From: a virus
Direction: 5' to 3' (one strand)
IMG/VR virus record: IMGVR_UViG_3300031649_000001
Span: 1 to 64,000 of that record
Length of the DNA: 64,000 nt
Shown here: piece after piece, positions 19,577 through 29,057 of the stretch
Layout: the number at the start of each line of letters is the position of its first letter
Numbering within the stretch: the stretch's first letter is position 1
Program-made: the position numbers and the translations under genes
Notes under the pieces: generated by a model
The model's input: the letters and a program-made list of their open reading frames with translations, nothing else
Databases searched by the model: none
Told to the model about the DNA's origin: nothing

Positions 19577-20614
19577 ATGCGACGCCGCCGCTTCATCGCT
19601 GCCGTCGTCTCCGCCACCGGCGCCGGGTTAGTGCCCGCGTCGCTGGCCGACGCCGCTGTCCAGGCGCCCGACCGGCTCAACGGATCCGTCACGCTCCCCA
19701 CCGCCATAGAGGACATCGCCGCCGACATCTGGCGCACCGGCGCCCGCTACGTGGACCCCGAGTCCGCCCCGGCCCGCGCCGACCTGCTCGACGTCGGGCT
19801 GTGGCAGTGGGCCCAGGCCTGCGTCGCGGCCAACCGCACCAACAAGTCGCGCGGCCCCAACCTGCACCGGCGCGCCCTGGCCGTGGAGGCCGAGGCCGCC
19901 CGCCAGCTCGCCATGATCTACGGAGACCGGCGCAACTTCACCCAGGCCACCAAGATGTACCGGCTCGCGACCGGCGCCGCCCAGCGGGCCGAGAACCCCG
20001 AGCTCGCCGCGACCATCCTCACCGGCCGCGCCTACCTGCCGCTCTACGCAGGCAACCACGACCGCGCCATCAGCAACGCCACCGTCGCCCTGACCACCCT
20101 CCAGGAAGCCGACCGGCCGGGCGGGCGCGCGGCCGTCACCGCCTACGCCCTCCTGGCGCGCTGCTACGCGGCCATAGGCGACACGAAGAGCACCGAGGAG
20201 GCCCTGCGGTCGGCGTACGGCGCGATGGCCCGCTACACCGACGCAGGGAGCGCCAGCCTCCCCGCCGCCCACCACCCCCAGCGCTTCGCCTGGGTCAAGC
20301 TGCGCCTCGCCACGGCCGAGGCATACGCCGCCCTGGGCGACGCCCGCCGCCACGCCAAGGCGTACGACGCCGCCATGAGCGACACCAGCGTCAGCCAGAT
20401 GCACAAGCCGATGCTCGACATGGGCCTCGCCGAAGTCACCACCGACCCCGGCGCCGCCGCCGCCCACGCCCTCACCGTTCTGCGCGGATGGGAGAGGCCC
20501 CCCAACCCGATCGTCGGCCGCGCCCGCAACCTGGCCTGGCGCGCCGCCGACCGCGACCCCCGCAGCGAACCCGTCCAAGACCTCCGCGTCCACCTGCTCA
20601 CCCTCGCCCGATGA
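19577..20614 (+). CDS. helical TPR-like protein with N-terminal twin-arginine motif, paralog 1
   Basis: AAGGAGG RBS; MRRRRFIAAVV...; Ala-rich helical repeats like Streptomyces XRE-TPR regulator C-domains. Alternative start 19502. Confidence 0.6.
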   Translation: MRRRRFIAAVVSATGAGLVPASLADAAVQAPDRLNGSVTLPTAIEDIAADIWRTGARYVDPESAPARADLLDVGLWQWAQACVAANRTNKSRGPNLHRRALAVEAEAARQLAMIYGDRRNFTQATKMYRLATGAAQRAENPELAATILTGRAYLPLYAGNHDRAISNATVALTTLQEADRPGGRAAVTAYALLARCYAAIGDTKSTEEALRSAYGAMARYTDAGSASLPAAHHPQRFAWVKLRLATAEAYAALGDARRHAKAYDAAMSDTSVSQMHKPMLDMGLAEVTTDPGAAAAHALTVLRGWERPPNPIVGRARNLAWRAADRDPRSEPVQDLRVHLLTLAR

Positions 20615-20706
20615 CCGCCGACCCCGCGCCTTCCAGAGGAGAAGTCGTGTACCTCGTGCGCTCCACCACTGCCCCTGTACCCCTCACCGACAAGGACCCG
20701 ATCATC

Positions 20707-21729
20707 ATGCGACGACGCGCTCTCATCGCCGCCGCCCTGGGGCTGACCGGCGCCGCGCTGCCCGCCTGGGCCGCCAGTGCTGCCGAGACCCCCGACTCCG
20801 ACCACACCCACGGCACCGGCTCCTGGGAGGAGAGCTTCGGCCGGGCCCGCCACGAACTCGACTACCTGGCCCACCTGTACGTCACCGAGCCCGGCATGAC
20901 CAACCACGGTGACGTGCGCGACTCCGGTCTGTGGATCTACGCCCAGGCCAACGCCCTCCGCGACGGCGCCCCCACCGGCCGGGCCGCCGAAGCCCGCCGC
21001 CTCGCCGCCGAGGCCGCCGCGTTCGCCGCCGGGTGCTACGTGGACTTCGGCCACATGGGCGCCGCGACCGACCTGTACTCCCGCGCCCACCATGCCGCCG
21101 GGGAGGCCCACCCCGACCTGCGCACGTTCATCAGCGCGCAGGCCAACTGGGTCCCCATGTACTCCGGCAAGTGGCACACGGTGCTGCGCCGCTCGGAGGG
21201 CATCATCGCCGCCGCTGAACGCCACGGCGGTCCCGCTCTGCTCATGGGCTACACGCACCGGGCGAACGCCCGCGCCGTGCTCGGCGACAAGGAAGGTGCC
21301 CGCGATGACCTCGCCGCCGCCCAGGCCAACATCAAGCGCGTGCCCGGCTCCAACGCCCCCCACCACGCCCTCCACTACAGCGCGACCAAGGTCTGGTTCA
21401 GCTCGGCCAACGCCTACGCCGCCCTCGGTGACGGCTTCCGCCAGAGCGACGCCCAGCACCGGGCCCTCGAAGACCCGACGCTGGGCTGGATGGACCGGCA
21501 GCTCATGAGGATCGGCCAGGCCACGCTGGACCCGGACCCGGAGATGGCCGCGCACCGCATCCGCTTCCAGCTCATCTCCATCCCCGGGGATGGCTTCGCC
21601 TACTGCGTGAAGGCCGACGCGGAGAAGGCTCTCGCCCGCCTCAAGGCCAAGCAGCTCACCCGGCGCAACGCCACCGGCCGTGAGGTGCACGCCCTGGGGC
21701 AGTACCTGAGCACCGTCCAGGTCGCCTGA
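20707..21729 (+). CDS. helical TPR-like protein with N-terminal twin-arginine motif, paralog 2
   Basis: MRRRALIAAALG...; shares GLW..AQA, P(L/M)Y.G and A.AYAALGD..R with paralog 1. Alternative start 20611. Confidence 0.6.
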   Translation: MRRRALIAAALGLTGAALPAWAASAAETPDSDHTHGTGSWEESFGRARHELDYLAHLYVTEPGMTNHGDVRDSGLWIYAQANALRDGAPTGRAAEARRLAAEAAAFAAGCYVDFGHMGAATDLYSRAHHAAGEAHPDLRTFISAQANWVPMYSGKWHTVLRRSEGIIAAAERHGGPALLMGYTHRANARAVLGDKEGARDDLAAAQANIKRVPGSNAPHHALHYSATKVWFSSANAYAALGDGFRQSDAQHRALEDPTLGWMDRQLMRIGQATLDPDPEMAAHRIRFQLISIPGDGFAYCVKADAEKALARLKAKQLTRRNATGREVHALGQYLSTVQVA

Positions 21730-22019
21730 TGGAAGGCGCCCCGCTCTACTCCGTCGCGGTCGGTGCCGGGCTTCAGGTGGTGCTGATGCTCGTGTCCGTG
21801 TGCGCGCCCCGGCGCGTGGGGGCCGGGACGTTCTACCGGCTTTCGGCCGTCATCCAGTTCTTCGTGATGGGCGCGCTGGCCGGGGCGGGCACCTGGTGGG
21901 CGCTTATGCCCGGCGGCATCGCGGTGGCCTTCGCCGTCGCCGCCTGGACCGTCCCCGCCCGCGAGCGGCGGAACGCCCACCTGGCCTCCCTGATCCACGC
22001 AGATAGGACCGACCCCTGA
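21729..22019 (+). CDS. small membrane protein
   Basis: Hydrophobic segments; translationally coupled. Confidence 0.6.
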   Translation: MEGAPLYSVAVGAGLQVVLMLVSVCAPRRVGAGTFYRLSAVIQFFVMGALAGAGTWWALMPGGIAVAFAVAAWTVPARERRNAHLASLIHADRTDP

Positions 22020-22306
22020 TGACCCTCGACGAGAACGCGCTGGTGGCGCTGCTGGTGGCCGGAGCCGTCGTGCTCTGGCTCGCCCTGCGCGGCGGCCACG
22101 CGCACACCTTCTTCACCGTCGGCACTCTGGTGTACGGAGCGCTGACCGTGGCCGCCTGGTACACCGACTGGCCCCTCGCCTTCCAGTACTGGTCGATGCT
22201 CGCCCTGCTGGCCGTCGCCACCGGAGTGTCGGCGTGGCGCTGGTACGGCACCCGGGCCCGGCCGGGATGGTGGGGCGGAGCCCACGAGCGCATCGAGCAG
22301 ACATGA
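22019..22306 (+). CDS. small membrane protein
   Basis: About three hydrophobic segments; coupled. Confidence 0.6.
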   Translation: MTLDENALVALLVAGAVVLWLALRGGHAHTFFTVGTLVYGALTVAAWYTDWPLAFQYWSMLALLAVATGVSAWRWYGTRARPGWWGGAHERIEQT

Positions 22307-22596
22307 CAGGGGAGGTCTACGCCATGATGTGGCCCCTCTCCTTTCCGGCCGTCGCGGTGGTGGCCGTCGTCACGCTCGCTGCAAGCTCGCTGTCCGCCCT
22401 CAGGGCGTACAGGATGCGCGTCTTGACGGAGGGTGCTCTTCTGTCGGGGAACCCGGCTGCGGTGGCCGCTACGGAGCGTCGCGTCCGCCGGGCCCGCCAC
22501 CAGCACCTCACCTACGCCGTCCCGGTGGTCCTCATCGGGATTGCTCTGCTGGCCACGCAGGCTGTCGCGACCTTCGTGATGGCGCTGTCGCGTTAA
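22303..22596 (+). CDS. small membrane protein
   Basis: Two hydrophobic segments; ATGA overlap. Confidence 0.55.
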   Translation: MTGEVYAMMWPLSFPAVAVVAVVTLAASSLSALRAYRMRVLTEGALLSGNPAAVAATERRVRRARHQHLTYAVPVVLIGIALLATQAVATFVMALSR

Positions 22597-22611
22597 CACA
22601 ACCGGCAGGTG

Positions 22612-22642
22612 ACGCCCCGGTGACACGCCGTCACCGGGGCGT
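22612..22642 (+). terminator. hairpin terminator
   Basis: 13-bp perfect stem ACGCCCCGGTGAC/GTCACCGGGGCGT. Confidence 0.65.
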
Positions 22643-22695
22643 ACTTACACCGAAAACCCTGGATACTCCTGCACCGAACGGGTGACAATAAGGGC

Positions 22696-23067
22696 ATGAC
22701 CATAACGACGAACGACCCGGAGGGCATGGCGCCGCTCATCGCGGTCGCCGACCTGCGCGCGTTCGCCCTGGAGATGCGACTCAAGTTCGCGGACGGGCAG
22801 CGCATGTCCGTCCGCGACAGTGACGTGGTCCATGCGGTCGACACCGAGCGCTGGCTGATGAATGAGCTGGTGCCGCAGCCGCTGTGCCACACCCCGGTCT
22901 ACGGCTGGTCGCCCGGCTCGCTGCGGGCCGTCCGCAAGCCGGTCAACTGCCAGAAGTGCCGCCACATCCTGAAGGCGCCGGACGAGATCCTGCTCCCGTA
23001 CGGTGAGTTCCAGCCCGCCCTTTTCACGTACGTGCCGCCCAAGGAGCGGCCCGTGGACGTGACCTGA
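22696..23067 (+). CDS. hypothetical zinc-finger protein
   Basis: VHAV...PLC...VNCQKC. Confidence 0.65.
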   Translation: MTITTNDPEGMAPLIAVADLRAFALEMRLKFADGQRMSVRDSDVVHAVDTERWLMNELVPQPLCHTPVYGWSPGSLRAVRKPVNCQKCRHILKAPDEILLPYGEFQPALFTYVPPKERPVDVT

Positions 23068-23081
23068 GCCCACGGAGCCCC

Positions 23082-23456
23082 GTGACCGACCCGACCGACT
23101 ACATCCCGAACCCGTACTTCGGTGAGCCCTGGGACTCGCCGTTCTGCGACACCGCTCCCCGCACCGGCACGCCGGTGGGGGAGCGGTGCGGTTTCTGCAC
23201 CGACCCCATCCAGGACGGCGACCGGGGGATCATCACCCCGGCCATCCTGGCGGGCGGCCAGCCGGGCGCCGTGCCGTGGCATCACGAGTGCTGGATGCGG
23301 CAGGTCGCCGGGTCCCCGTTCCATCTGCGCGGACAGTGCTCGTGCCACGGCGGGGAGAACTTCGACGCCCGCAACGCAACCGAACGACGCGCCGAAGCGG
23401 GCGCCTCCTACGACCTCATCCGCCAGATGGGCGGTAGCGTGCCGGACGGCGGGTGA
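23082..23456 (+). CDS. hypothetical Cys/His-rich protein
   Basis: CGFC...HHEC. Confidence 0.65.
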   Translation: MTDPTDYIPNPYFGEPWDSPFCDTAPRTGTPVGERCGFCTDPIQDGDRGIITPAILAGGQPGAVPWHHECWMRQVAGSPFHLRGQCSCHGGENFDARNATERRAEAGASYDLIRQMGGSVPDGG

Positions 23457-23606
23457 ACCCCCCCTCGTCCGCCGATCTGCATCAGGCCCCCGGCCGTGCG
23501 GCTGTCCGTCCCCCCGGCAGCCGTCCGACCGGGGGCCTGCGCACTTTCCCGGTCCGCGCAGATCATCCGGCGGGTCGGCCGCCCGGCCGCCCGCCCGCCC
23601 GGCATC

Positions 23607-23885
23607 ATGCGCCCTATGGGAGCTGACGACCGCTTCCCGCCGCCGCGCCTGACCGACGACGACCGGGCCCGGCTGGCCCTGGAAGCCCTGGGGGACGGCA
23701 CGGCCACCCGGCTGCGGATGCTGACGGGCTGGTCGGTGGACGACATGGCCCGCGCCTGCAACGTCCCCACGTGGCGCCTGGCGCTCTGGGAGGCGGGCGC
23801 CGGGGCCCCGGCGCCCGCGACGGCTGTAAAGCTCTGGAAGGTACTCGTGCGAGCCTGCACGACCCCGCCGCCCGGCGCTCCCTGA
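23607..23885 (+). CDS. XRE-like HTH protein
   Basis: LRMLTGWSVDDMARACNV....LALWEAG. Confidence 0.65.
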   Translation: MRPMGADDRFPPPRLTDDDRARLALEALGDGTATRLRMLTGWSVDDMARACNVPTWRLALWEAGAGAPAPATAVKLWKVLVRACTTPPPGAP

Positions 23886-23983
23886 CAGGGGGCGGGGCCG
23901 CGTGTCCGTCACGGAGCGCATCGGATCAGTCACCTAGAGCTATCTTCGGGTAGAGGCGAACCCCCCTGATCCACGGAGATCCG

Positions 23984-24799
23984 ATGACCCCCAAGACGGC
24001 CGCCGCGCCCGACACGGACGCCAACCTCCACTCCCTCCTGGAGAAGCTGGAGCGCTGGCCCCTGAGCAAGCTGACCCAGTTCCCCGGCAACCCCAACGAG
24101 GGCGACGTGGACGCCATCGCGGAGTCGCTGGCGGAGAACGGCCTGTTCGAGCCGATCATCGTCCAGCGCTCCACCGGCCACATCCTCAGCCACAACCACG
24201 TCACGCAGGCCGCCGAGCGCCTGGGCTGGTCCCACCTGGACGTGATCCCCGTGGATGTGGACGACCAGCGCGCCAAAAAGATCGTCGCCGCCGCCAACCG
24301 CACCGCCGAACTCAGCACCCGCAACGACTTCCTGCTCTACGAACTCCTCGCCGACATCGAGGACCTGGAGGGCACCGGCTACGACGACGTCTTCCTTGAG
24401 GAGCTGACCGCCCGCGTGGAGCCGGAGCTGCCCGAGGTCGGCGAAGAGGACGACGACGGGGGCGTGGTGATGGAGGCCGGGCCGTCCGGCGCCCACTACG
24501 CCGAGACCCCCGAGCAGGAGAGCACCCGGGGCAACCGCGTCGCCGGGGAACAGTCCCTCGCCGCCAAGGGCCTCGCCGAGATGGTGTTCGTGATGGAGGT
24601 CGACGCCAAGTCCCAGCTCCTGCTGGACATCGAGGCCATGCGCGAGCACCTCGGCGACCGGCCCACCGGCCCCCTGGTGTGCGACGCCGTCCGTATCGCC
24701 AACGTTGTCCTTGAGGCCGCCAAGCACGACAGCCCCCCGCTGGAGTGGGGCAAGATCCTCGGGCAGGCCGCCATCCGCGTGGACGGAGACGCCGCATGA
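23984..24799 (+). CDS. ParB N-terminal-domain protein of the DNA-modification/packaging operon
   Basis: LTQFPGNPNEGDVDAIAESLAENGLFEPIIV...ILSHNH...AAERLGW...AANRTAEL. Confidence 0.8.
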   Translation: MTPKTAAAPDTDANLHSLLEKLERWPLSKLTQFPGNPNEGDVDAIAESLAENGLFEPIIVQRSTGHILSHNHVTQAAERLGWSHLDVIPVDVDDQRAKKIVAAANRTAELSTRNDFLLYELLADIEDLEGTGYDDVFLEELTARVEPELPEVGEEDDDGGVVMEAGPSGAHYAETPEQESTRGNRVAGEQSLAAKGLAEMVFVMEVDAKSQLLLDIEAMREHLGDRPTGPLVCDAVRIANVVLEAAKHDSPPLEWGKILGQAAIRVDGDAA

Positions 24800-25362
24800 G
24801 CGCCGTCACCCTGGACCGCGTCTTCTACGACTTCGAGTTCCTGGAGGACGGCGAGCGCATCGGCCCCGTCAGCTTCGGCGGCATCACCCAGCACGGCGAC
24901 ACCCTGTACGTGGTCAACGCCGACCTGGACGAACGCGCCGTCGCCACCCACGACTGGCTCGGGGAGCACGTGTGGCCGTTCCTGCCCACCGTGGAGTGCA
25001 AGACCGGCTGCCGGTGCATGCAGAACGGGCGCGGCCACCTGGACCGCGACCACCCCGACGTCCGCCCGCTCTCCCAGTTCCGGCGCACCGTGGACGCCTT
25101 CATGCTCAAGGCCGGACCGGCGGAGCTGTGGGCCGACTACGGCGCCTACGACCACGTAGCCCTCAGCCAGCTCTACGGCTCCATGATCCTGCTCCCGCCG
25201 TACATGCCCCGCTTCACCCACGACATCCAGCAGGAAGCCGCCCGCCTGGGCTTCACGGATGCCGAGCTGCCGCAGCCCGGCCCCGAAGGCGAACACCACG
25301 CCCTCAACGACGCGCGGCTGGTCCGTGCCCGCTGGCACTTCCTCAAGGGCATCCCGTCATGA
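24796..25362 (+). CDS. DEDD 3'-5' exonuclease (Rv2179c-like)
   Basis: FYDFEF, WADYGAYDHV and HHALNDAR motifs. Confidence 0.8.
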   Translation: MSAVTLDRVFYDFEFLEDGERIGPVSFGGITQHGDTLYVVNADLDERAVATHDWLGEHVWPFLPTVECKTGCRCMQNGRGHLDRDHPDVRPLSQFRRTVDAFMLKAGPAELWADYGAYDHVALSQLYGSMILLPPYMPRFTHDIQQEAARLGFTDAELPQPGPEGEHHALNDARLVRARWHFLKGIPS

Positions 25363-25658
25363 CGCCCGGCCGCCCGGCCGCCCGCCCGGCCGGGCTCTAC
25401 ATCCATCGGCCCACCAAGGTCCGCGCCATGGTGTGGACCGGCGACAACCTGCCGGAGCTGTGCTCGTTCTTCGGGCGCGTCCTCATGCTCGGCGTCCTGC
25501 CCGGCGTGGGCCCGTGCATCCCGCTGGCCACCCGCTGCGGCACCGTCTACGCCGCCCCCGGCGACGTCCTGGTCATGGACGAGCACGGCCGCCTGTACCC
25601 CGTCCCCGACGACGAGTTCGCCGTCACCCACCGCCTCAAGGAGGAGCAGCCCGCATGA
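25359..25658 (+). CDS. conserved small phage protein
   Basis: VRAMVWTGDN...PGDVLV...LYPVPDDEF pattern common in phages. Confidence 0.65.
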   Translation: MTPGRPAARPAGLYIHRPTKVRAMVWTGDNLPELCSFFGRVLMLGVLPGVGPCIPLATRCGTVYAAPGDVLVMDEHGRLYPVPDDEFAVTHRLKEEQPA

Positions 25659-25945
25659 TGACCAGCCCGCCCGGCCGCCCGCCCGCCCGGCCTCCCGTCG
25701 TACGGATGCCGAAGTTCACCCCCGAGCAGCGCGAACGCATCGGCGCCGCCATCGACGCCCTGCTCAAGCGGATCCGGGAGGCGCTGCGCCCCCTTGTCCA
25801 GCTCGTACGCCAGACCGGCGAGGCCATCGCCGACGCTGCCGCCGCCGTCCGCCAGTACGCCGACACGGTCAACCGGCGCCGCCCCGACCGCCCCGCCTGG
25901 GCCAGCCCCTACGGCCCGGCCCCCCGCCCCCACAGGAGCCGCTGA
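25655..25945 (+). CDS. hypothetical protein
   Basis: Coupled ORF ending RPAWASPYGP. Confidence 0.55.
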   Translation: MMTSPPGRPPARPPVVRMPKFTPEQRERIGAAIDALLKRIREALRPLVQLVRQTGEAIADAAAAVRQYADTVNRRRPDRPAWASPYGPAPRPHRSR

Positions 25946-26718
25946 TGACCAACCTCCGCGCCACCGACGACGGCCGCCGCTACGGCGTGTACTGCATCAG
26001 CGCCGGACGCCCCGCCAACGTCCCCGCCATGCAGGCCCTGTTCGCCCCCGACCCCATCACCTGGGTCGTGCCGTACCCCGAGCACCACGACTACACCGCC
26101 GCCGGAGCGGACTTCACCCTCGCCGTCATCGACCCGCCCCCCGGCGAGTTCGCCCTGTCCGCCGCCCGCAACGCCGCCCTGCTCCACGCCACCCAGCAGG
26201 GGGCCGTCTGCATCCAGACCGACGACGACTGCAAGGGCTTCAAGCACGTCAGCGACGCCCACCCCAAGGGGCGCCCCGCCCCCTGGGTCCAGCTCCGCGC
26301 CGCCCTCCTCAACGTCCTGGACGGCACCGTCCACCTGGCGGGCGTCCCGCCCACCGACAACGCCTACTTCGCGCGCGGCCGGGTCCTGGACTACGGCTTC
26401 GTCATCGGCTCCCTGTGCGCCGCCGACACCTACGAGCCCCGCTGGGACCAGGGCCTGCCCTTCAAGGAGGACTACGACTACACCTGCGCCCACCTGGACG
26501 CCTACGGCAAGGTTGCCCGGCTGGACATGTACATCGCCAGCTACCAGCACTACAGCAACCGGGGCGGTGCCGTGGCCAACCGGACCCCCGGCGCGGAGAT
26601 GGGCCTCGTCAACACGCTCACCGAGCGCTGGCCCCAGTACCTCAAGCCGCACCCCAAGCGCATCGGCGAGCTGTCCTTCATCCCGCGCCCCCAGCGCCAC
26701 CGCACCCCTACCGCCTGA
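25945..26718 (+). CDS. GT-A glycosyltransferase, TET/JBP-associated (TAGT/GREB1-like)
   Basis: ISAGRP, SAARNAAL, QTDDD (DxD), KEDYDYT and GG motifs; near the oxygenase. Confidence 0.8.
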   Translation: MTNLRATDDGRRYGVYCISAGRPANVPAMQALFAPDPITWVVPYPEHHDYTAAGADFTLAVIDPPPGEFALSAARNAALLHATQQGAVCIQTDDDCKGFKHVSDAHPKGRPAPWVQLRAALLNVLDGTVHLAGVPPTDNAYFARGRVLDYGFVIGSLCAADTYEPRWDQGLPFKEDYDYTCAHLDAYGKVARLDMYIASYQHYSNRGGAVANRTPGAEMGLVNTLTERWPQYLKPHPKRIGELSFIPRPQRHRTPTA

Positions 26719-26731
26719 AAGAAGACCCCGC

Positions 26732-27115
26732 ATGATCGAGTGGACCGGCGTTCTCGCCCTCCTGGACAAGCCCACCGGCGACGGCCGCGCGCTTGCCACC
26801 CCCGAACGCCTGCTCTCCCGGCCGCTCCCCCTGCCGCTGTTCACCCTTGACGGCCCCGTCGGCTCCATCAACCAACTGTCCATCCACGGGGATCAGCTCC
26901 GGGCGGAGGGCACCGCCCGCGACGGCATCCTCACCCCGGAGCGCCCCGAACTCCCGGTCGGCCTGGACGCCGACCAGACCGAGTACGAAGCCTTCGGCCA
27001 GGGCGTCATCTTCACCCGCTGGCGCATCGTCGGCGCCACGCTCCTCACCGACGCCACGGCGTCGGGGCCGTGGCCGGAGGCCGTGATCCGCCTGAAGGAG
27101 GACGGCCGTGATTGA
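26732..27115 (+). CDS. small protein homologous to the prohead-protease-like domain
   Basis: WTGVL...PTGDGRALATP...RPLPLPL...WRIVGATLL matches the 39231-39740 region of the head polyprotein. Confidence 0.6.
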   Translation: MIEWTGVLALLDKPTGDGRALATPERLLSRPLPLPLFTLDGPVGSINQLSIHGDQLRAEGTARDGILTPERPELPVGLDADQTEYEAFGQGVIFTRWRIVGATLLTDATASGPWPEAVIRLKEDGRD

Positions 27116-28049
27116 GGCCCGCCTGCGCACCCGCATCCCCTCAGCCGAGCTGGAGGCCAAGGTCGGCAAGATCCTCGGGCCCGAGGACTTCAACATGCTG
27201 ATCACCGGCCCGGCCAAGCTCCTCAAGCCCAACGGCCAGCCGCTGGTCATCTACCTGCCCGGCGCCCTCAGCGAGGAGGCCGACCTTCCCGGTGTGTACG
27301 AGACCCTCCACTCCCTGAAGTCCACGAAGACCGAGAACCGCGGAACGGCCTCCGGCTCACGCCGCGTCAAGTCCGGCTCCGGCAACAAGAGCCGCGCCCT
27401 CCCGGTCCCGTCCGCCATCATCGGCGCGTTCGACTCCGCCGGACACCAGAAGTACTGCCGCCTCACCGCCTGGACCGGCGCCAACCTGCCCCAGTGGGAG
27501 ATGCTGCGCCCGTTCCTCCAGGGCGTGGCCCGCCACTTCGAGGCCCGGCTGCCCGACCGGTACGCCGTGCAGATGCGTGAGGTCGCCGCCACCTACCCGG
27601 AGTGGGTGGTGCCCGGCACCCCGTTCACCACGGTCACCGTCAACAACACCTACCCCACCGGCGTCCACCAGGACGCGGGCGACCTGGAGTCCGGCTTCTC
27701 CACCCTGGCCTGCCTGCGGCGCGGCTCCTACACCGGCGGCCAGCTCGTCTTCCCCAAGTACCGGGTCGCCCTCGACATGCGCCACGGCGACCTGGCCCTG
27801 ATCGACGCCCACGAGCACCACGGGAACACGGCGATCTTCTGCGAGTGCGGCCAGCGCCGCAACGGCATGTGCGAGACCTGCGGAGCCGAGCGGATCAGCG
27901 TCGTCAGCTACTTCCGCGCCAACATGATCAAGTGCGGCAGCTACCCGGAGGAGACCGGCAAGGCCGTCAGCAGCGTGGAGGCCCGCAACCGCAAGCGGCT
28001 CGCTGCCGAGATCGACGCCGCCGACACCCCCGCCGAGGTGACCACATGA
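27108..28049 (+). CDS. TET/JBP-like 2OG-Fe(II) dioxygenase
   Basis: TPFTTVTVNN, HQD (HxD), GGQLVFP, HGN (distal His) and ERISVVSYFR (2OG-binding Arg). Confidence 0.85.
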   Translation: MIEARLRTRIPSAELEAKVGKILGPEDFNMLITGPAKLLKPNGQPLVIYLPGALSEEADLPGVYETLHSLKSTKTENRGTASGSRRVKSGSGNKSRALPVPSAIIGAFDSAGHQKYCRLTAWTGANLPQWEMLRPFLQGVARHFEARLPDRYAVQMREVAATYPEWVVPGTPFTTVTVNNTYPTGVHQDAGDLESGFSTLACLRRGSYTGGQLVFPKYRVALDMRHGDLALIDAHEHHGNTAIFCECGQRRNGMCETCGAERISVVSYFRANMIKCGSYPEETGKAVSSVEARNRKRLAAEIDAADTPAEVTT

Positions 28050-28222
28050 ACGAGGCCCTGCCCGCGCTGCCGCCCGCCCGCACCGGCATCCTGGACGACC
28101 TCTGCGACCGGCTCACCACCGAGTACCTGCGCCCCGCCCTGCGCGAGGCAGGCATCCCCGACGCCGACCAGTACCGGTTCTTCATCCCCGCAGACGACAC
28201 CCCGGCGGAGGCGACCTCATGA
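28046..28222 (+). CDS. hypothetical protein
   Basis: ATGA-coupled small ORF. Confidence 0.45.
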   Translation: MNEALPALPPARTGILDDLCDRLTTEYLRPALREAGIPDADQYRFFIPADDTPAEATS

Positions 28223-28334
28223 TCCGCTACGACGTCCAGTCCATGATCCGCACGCTCCTGGCGGCGGTCGCCCGCGCCCGGGGCGCCCGCCAGGAGGACT
28301 ACGTCCTCGTCAACGGCCCGGCCGGGGGAGACGC

Positions 28335-29027
28335 ATGAGCACCGACCAGCACAGCTACCTGTCCACCGGATGCCTCCACGGCAACTCCCTGCTCCCCGAC
28401 GGGCGCACCGGTCACGAGTACTGCCAGTCCGAGACCGGCGTCACCGGCGCCAAGAAGGCCGCCCACTGCAAGGTGTGCGAGGAGCCGTGCTACTGCCCGT
28501 GCCACTCCGGCGCCGTGAACCCGCCCGCCCCGCTCCCGCCCCACCTGGCCGACCTCGTCGAGGCCCGGCGCGCCCTGGACATCGCCCTGGCCACCCTCAT
28601 CCACGTGGGCGACTACATCGGGCTCCAGGCCCAGGCCTCCCACCTCCTCAACGGGAACCTGGACGGCCGCCCGCCGCCGATGCCGCCGCTCCACGACGCC
28701 GTCACCCGCGCCGTCAAGCTGGCCCACAACGCCCTGGACGCCACCGACCCCGCCGTCCCCGCCCACCCCACCGCCCGGTGCGTCCAGTGCGGCTCCGCCA
28801 AGGTCACCTACTCCAACCACGCGGATCAGCCCTTCTGCACGGTGTGCGCCGACGGACGCGGACCCGCCCCCCAGGTGATGCCCCACAGCCCGCCCGGCGC
28901 GGCCAACGCCAGCCCTCACCCCCGGTGCGAGCGCTGCCACATGCCCCACGACCCCGACCCCAGCGGGCTCCCGGCCCAGGTGTGCGGCCGGTTCTTCGCC
29001 GACCCGGCCACCCCCGTCCACCCCTGA
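28335..29027 (+). CDS. Cys/His-rich hypothetical protein
   Basis: YLSTGCLHG...CKVC..C.CPCH plus further CxxC pairs. Confidence 0.7.
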   Translation: MSTDQHSYLSTGCLHGNSLLPDGRTGHEYCQSETGVTGAKKAAHCKVCEEPCYCPCHSGAVNPPAPLPPHLADLVEARRALDIALATLIHVGDYIGLQAQASHLLNGNLDGRPPPMPPLHDAVTRAVKLAHNALDATDPAVPAHPTARCVQCGSAKVTYSNHADQPFCTVCADGRGPAPQVMPHSPPGAANASPHPRCERCHMPHDPDPSGLPAQVCGRFFADPATPVHP

Positions 29028-29057
29028 GCCCATCCACGCAGATGAAGGGAGGCGCCG

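Noticed and set aside
21729-22596. Small membrane genes as a holin/lysis cassette
   Set aside because: No endolysin is nearby and the genes are far from the late genes.
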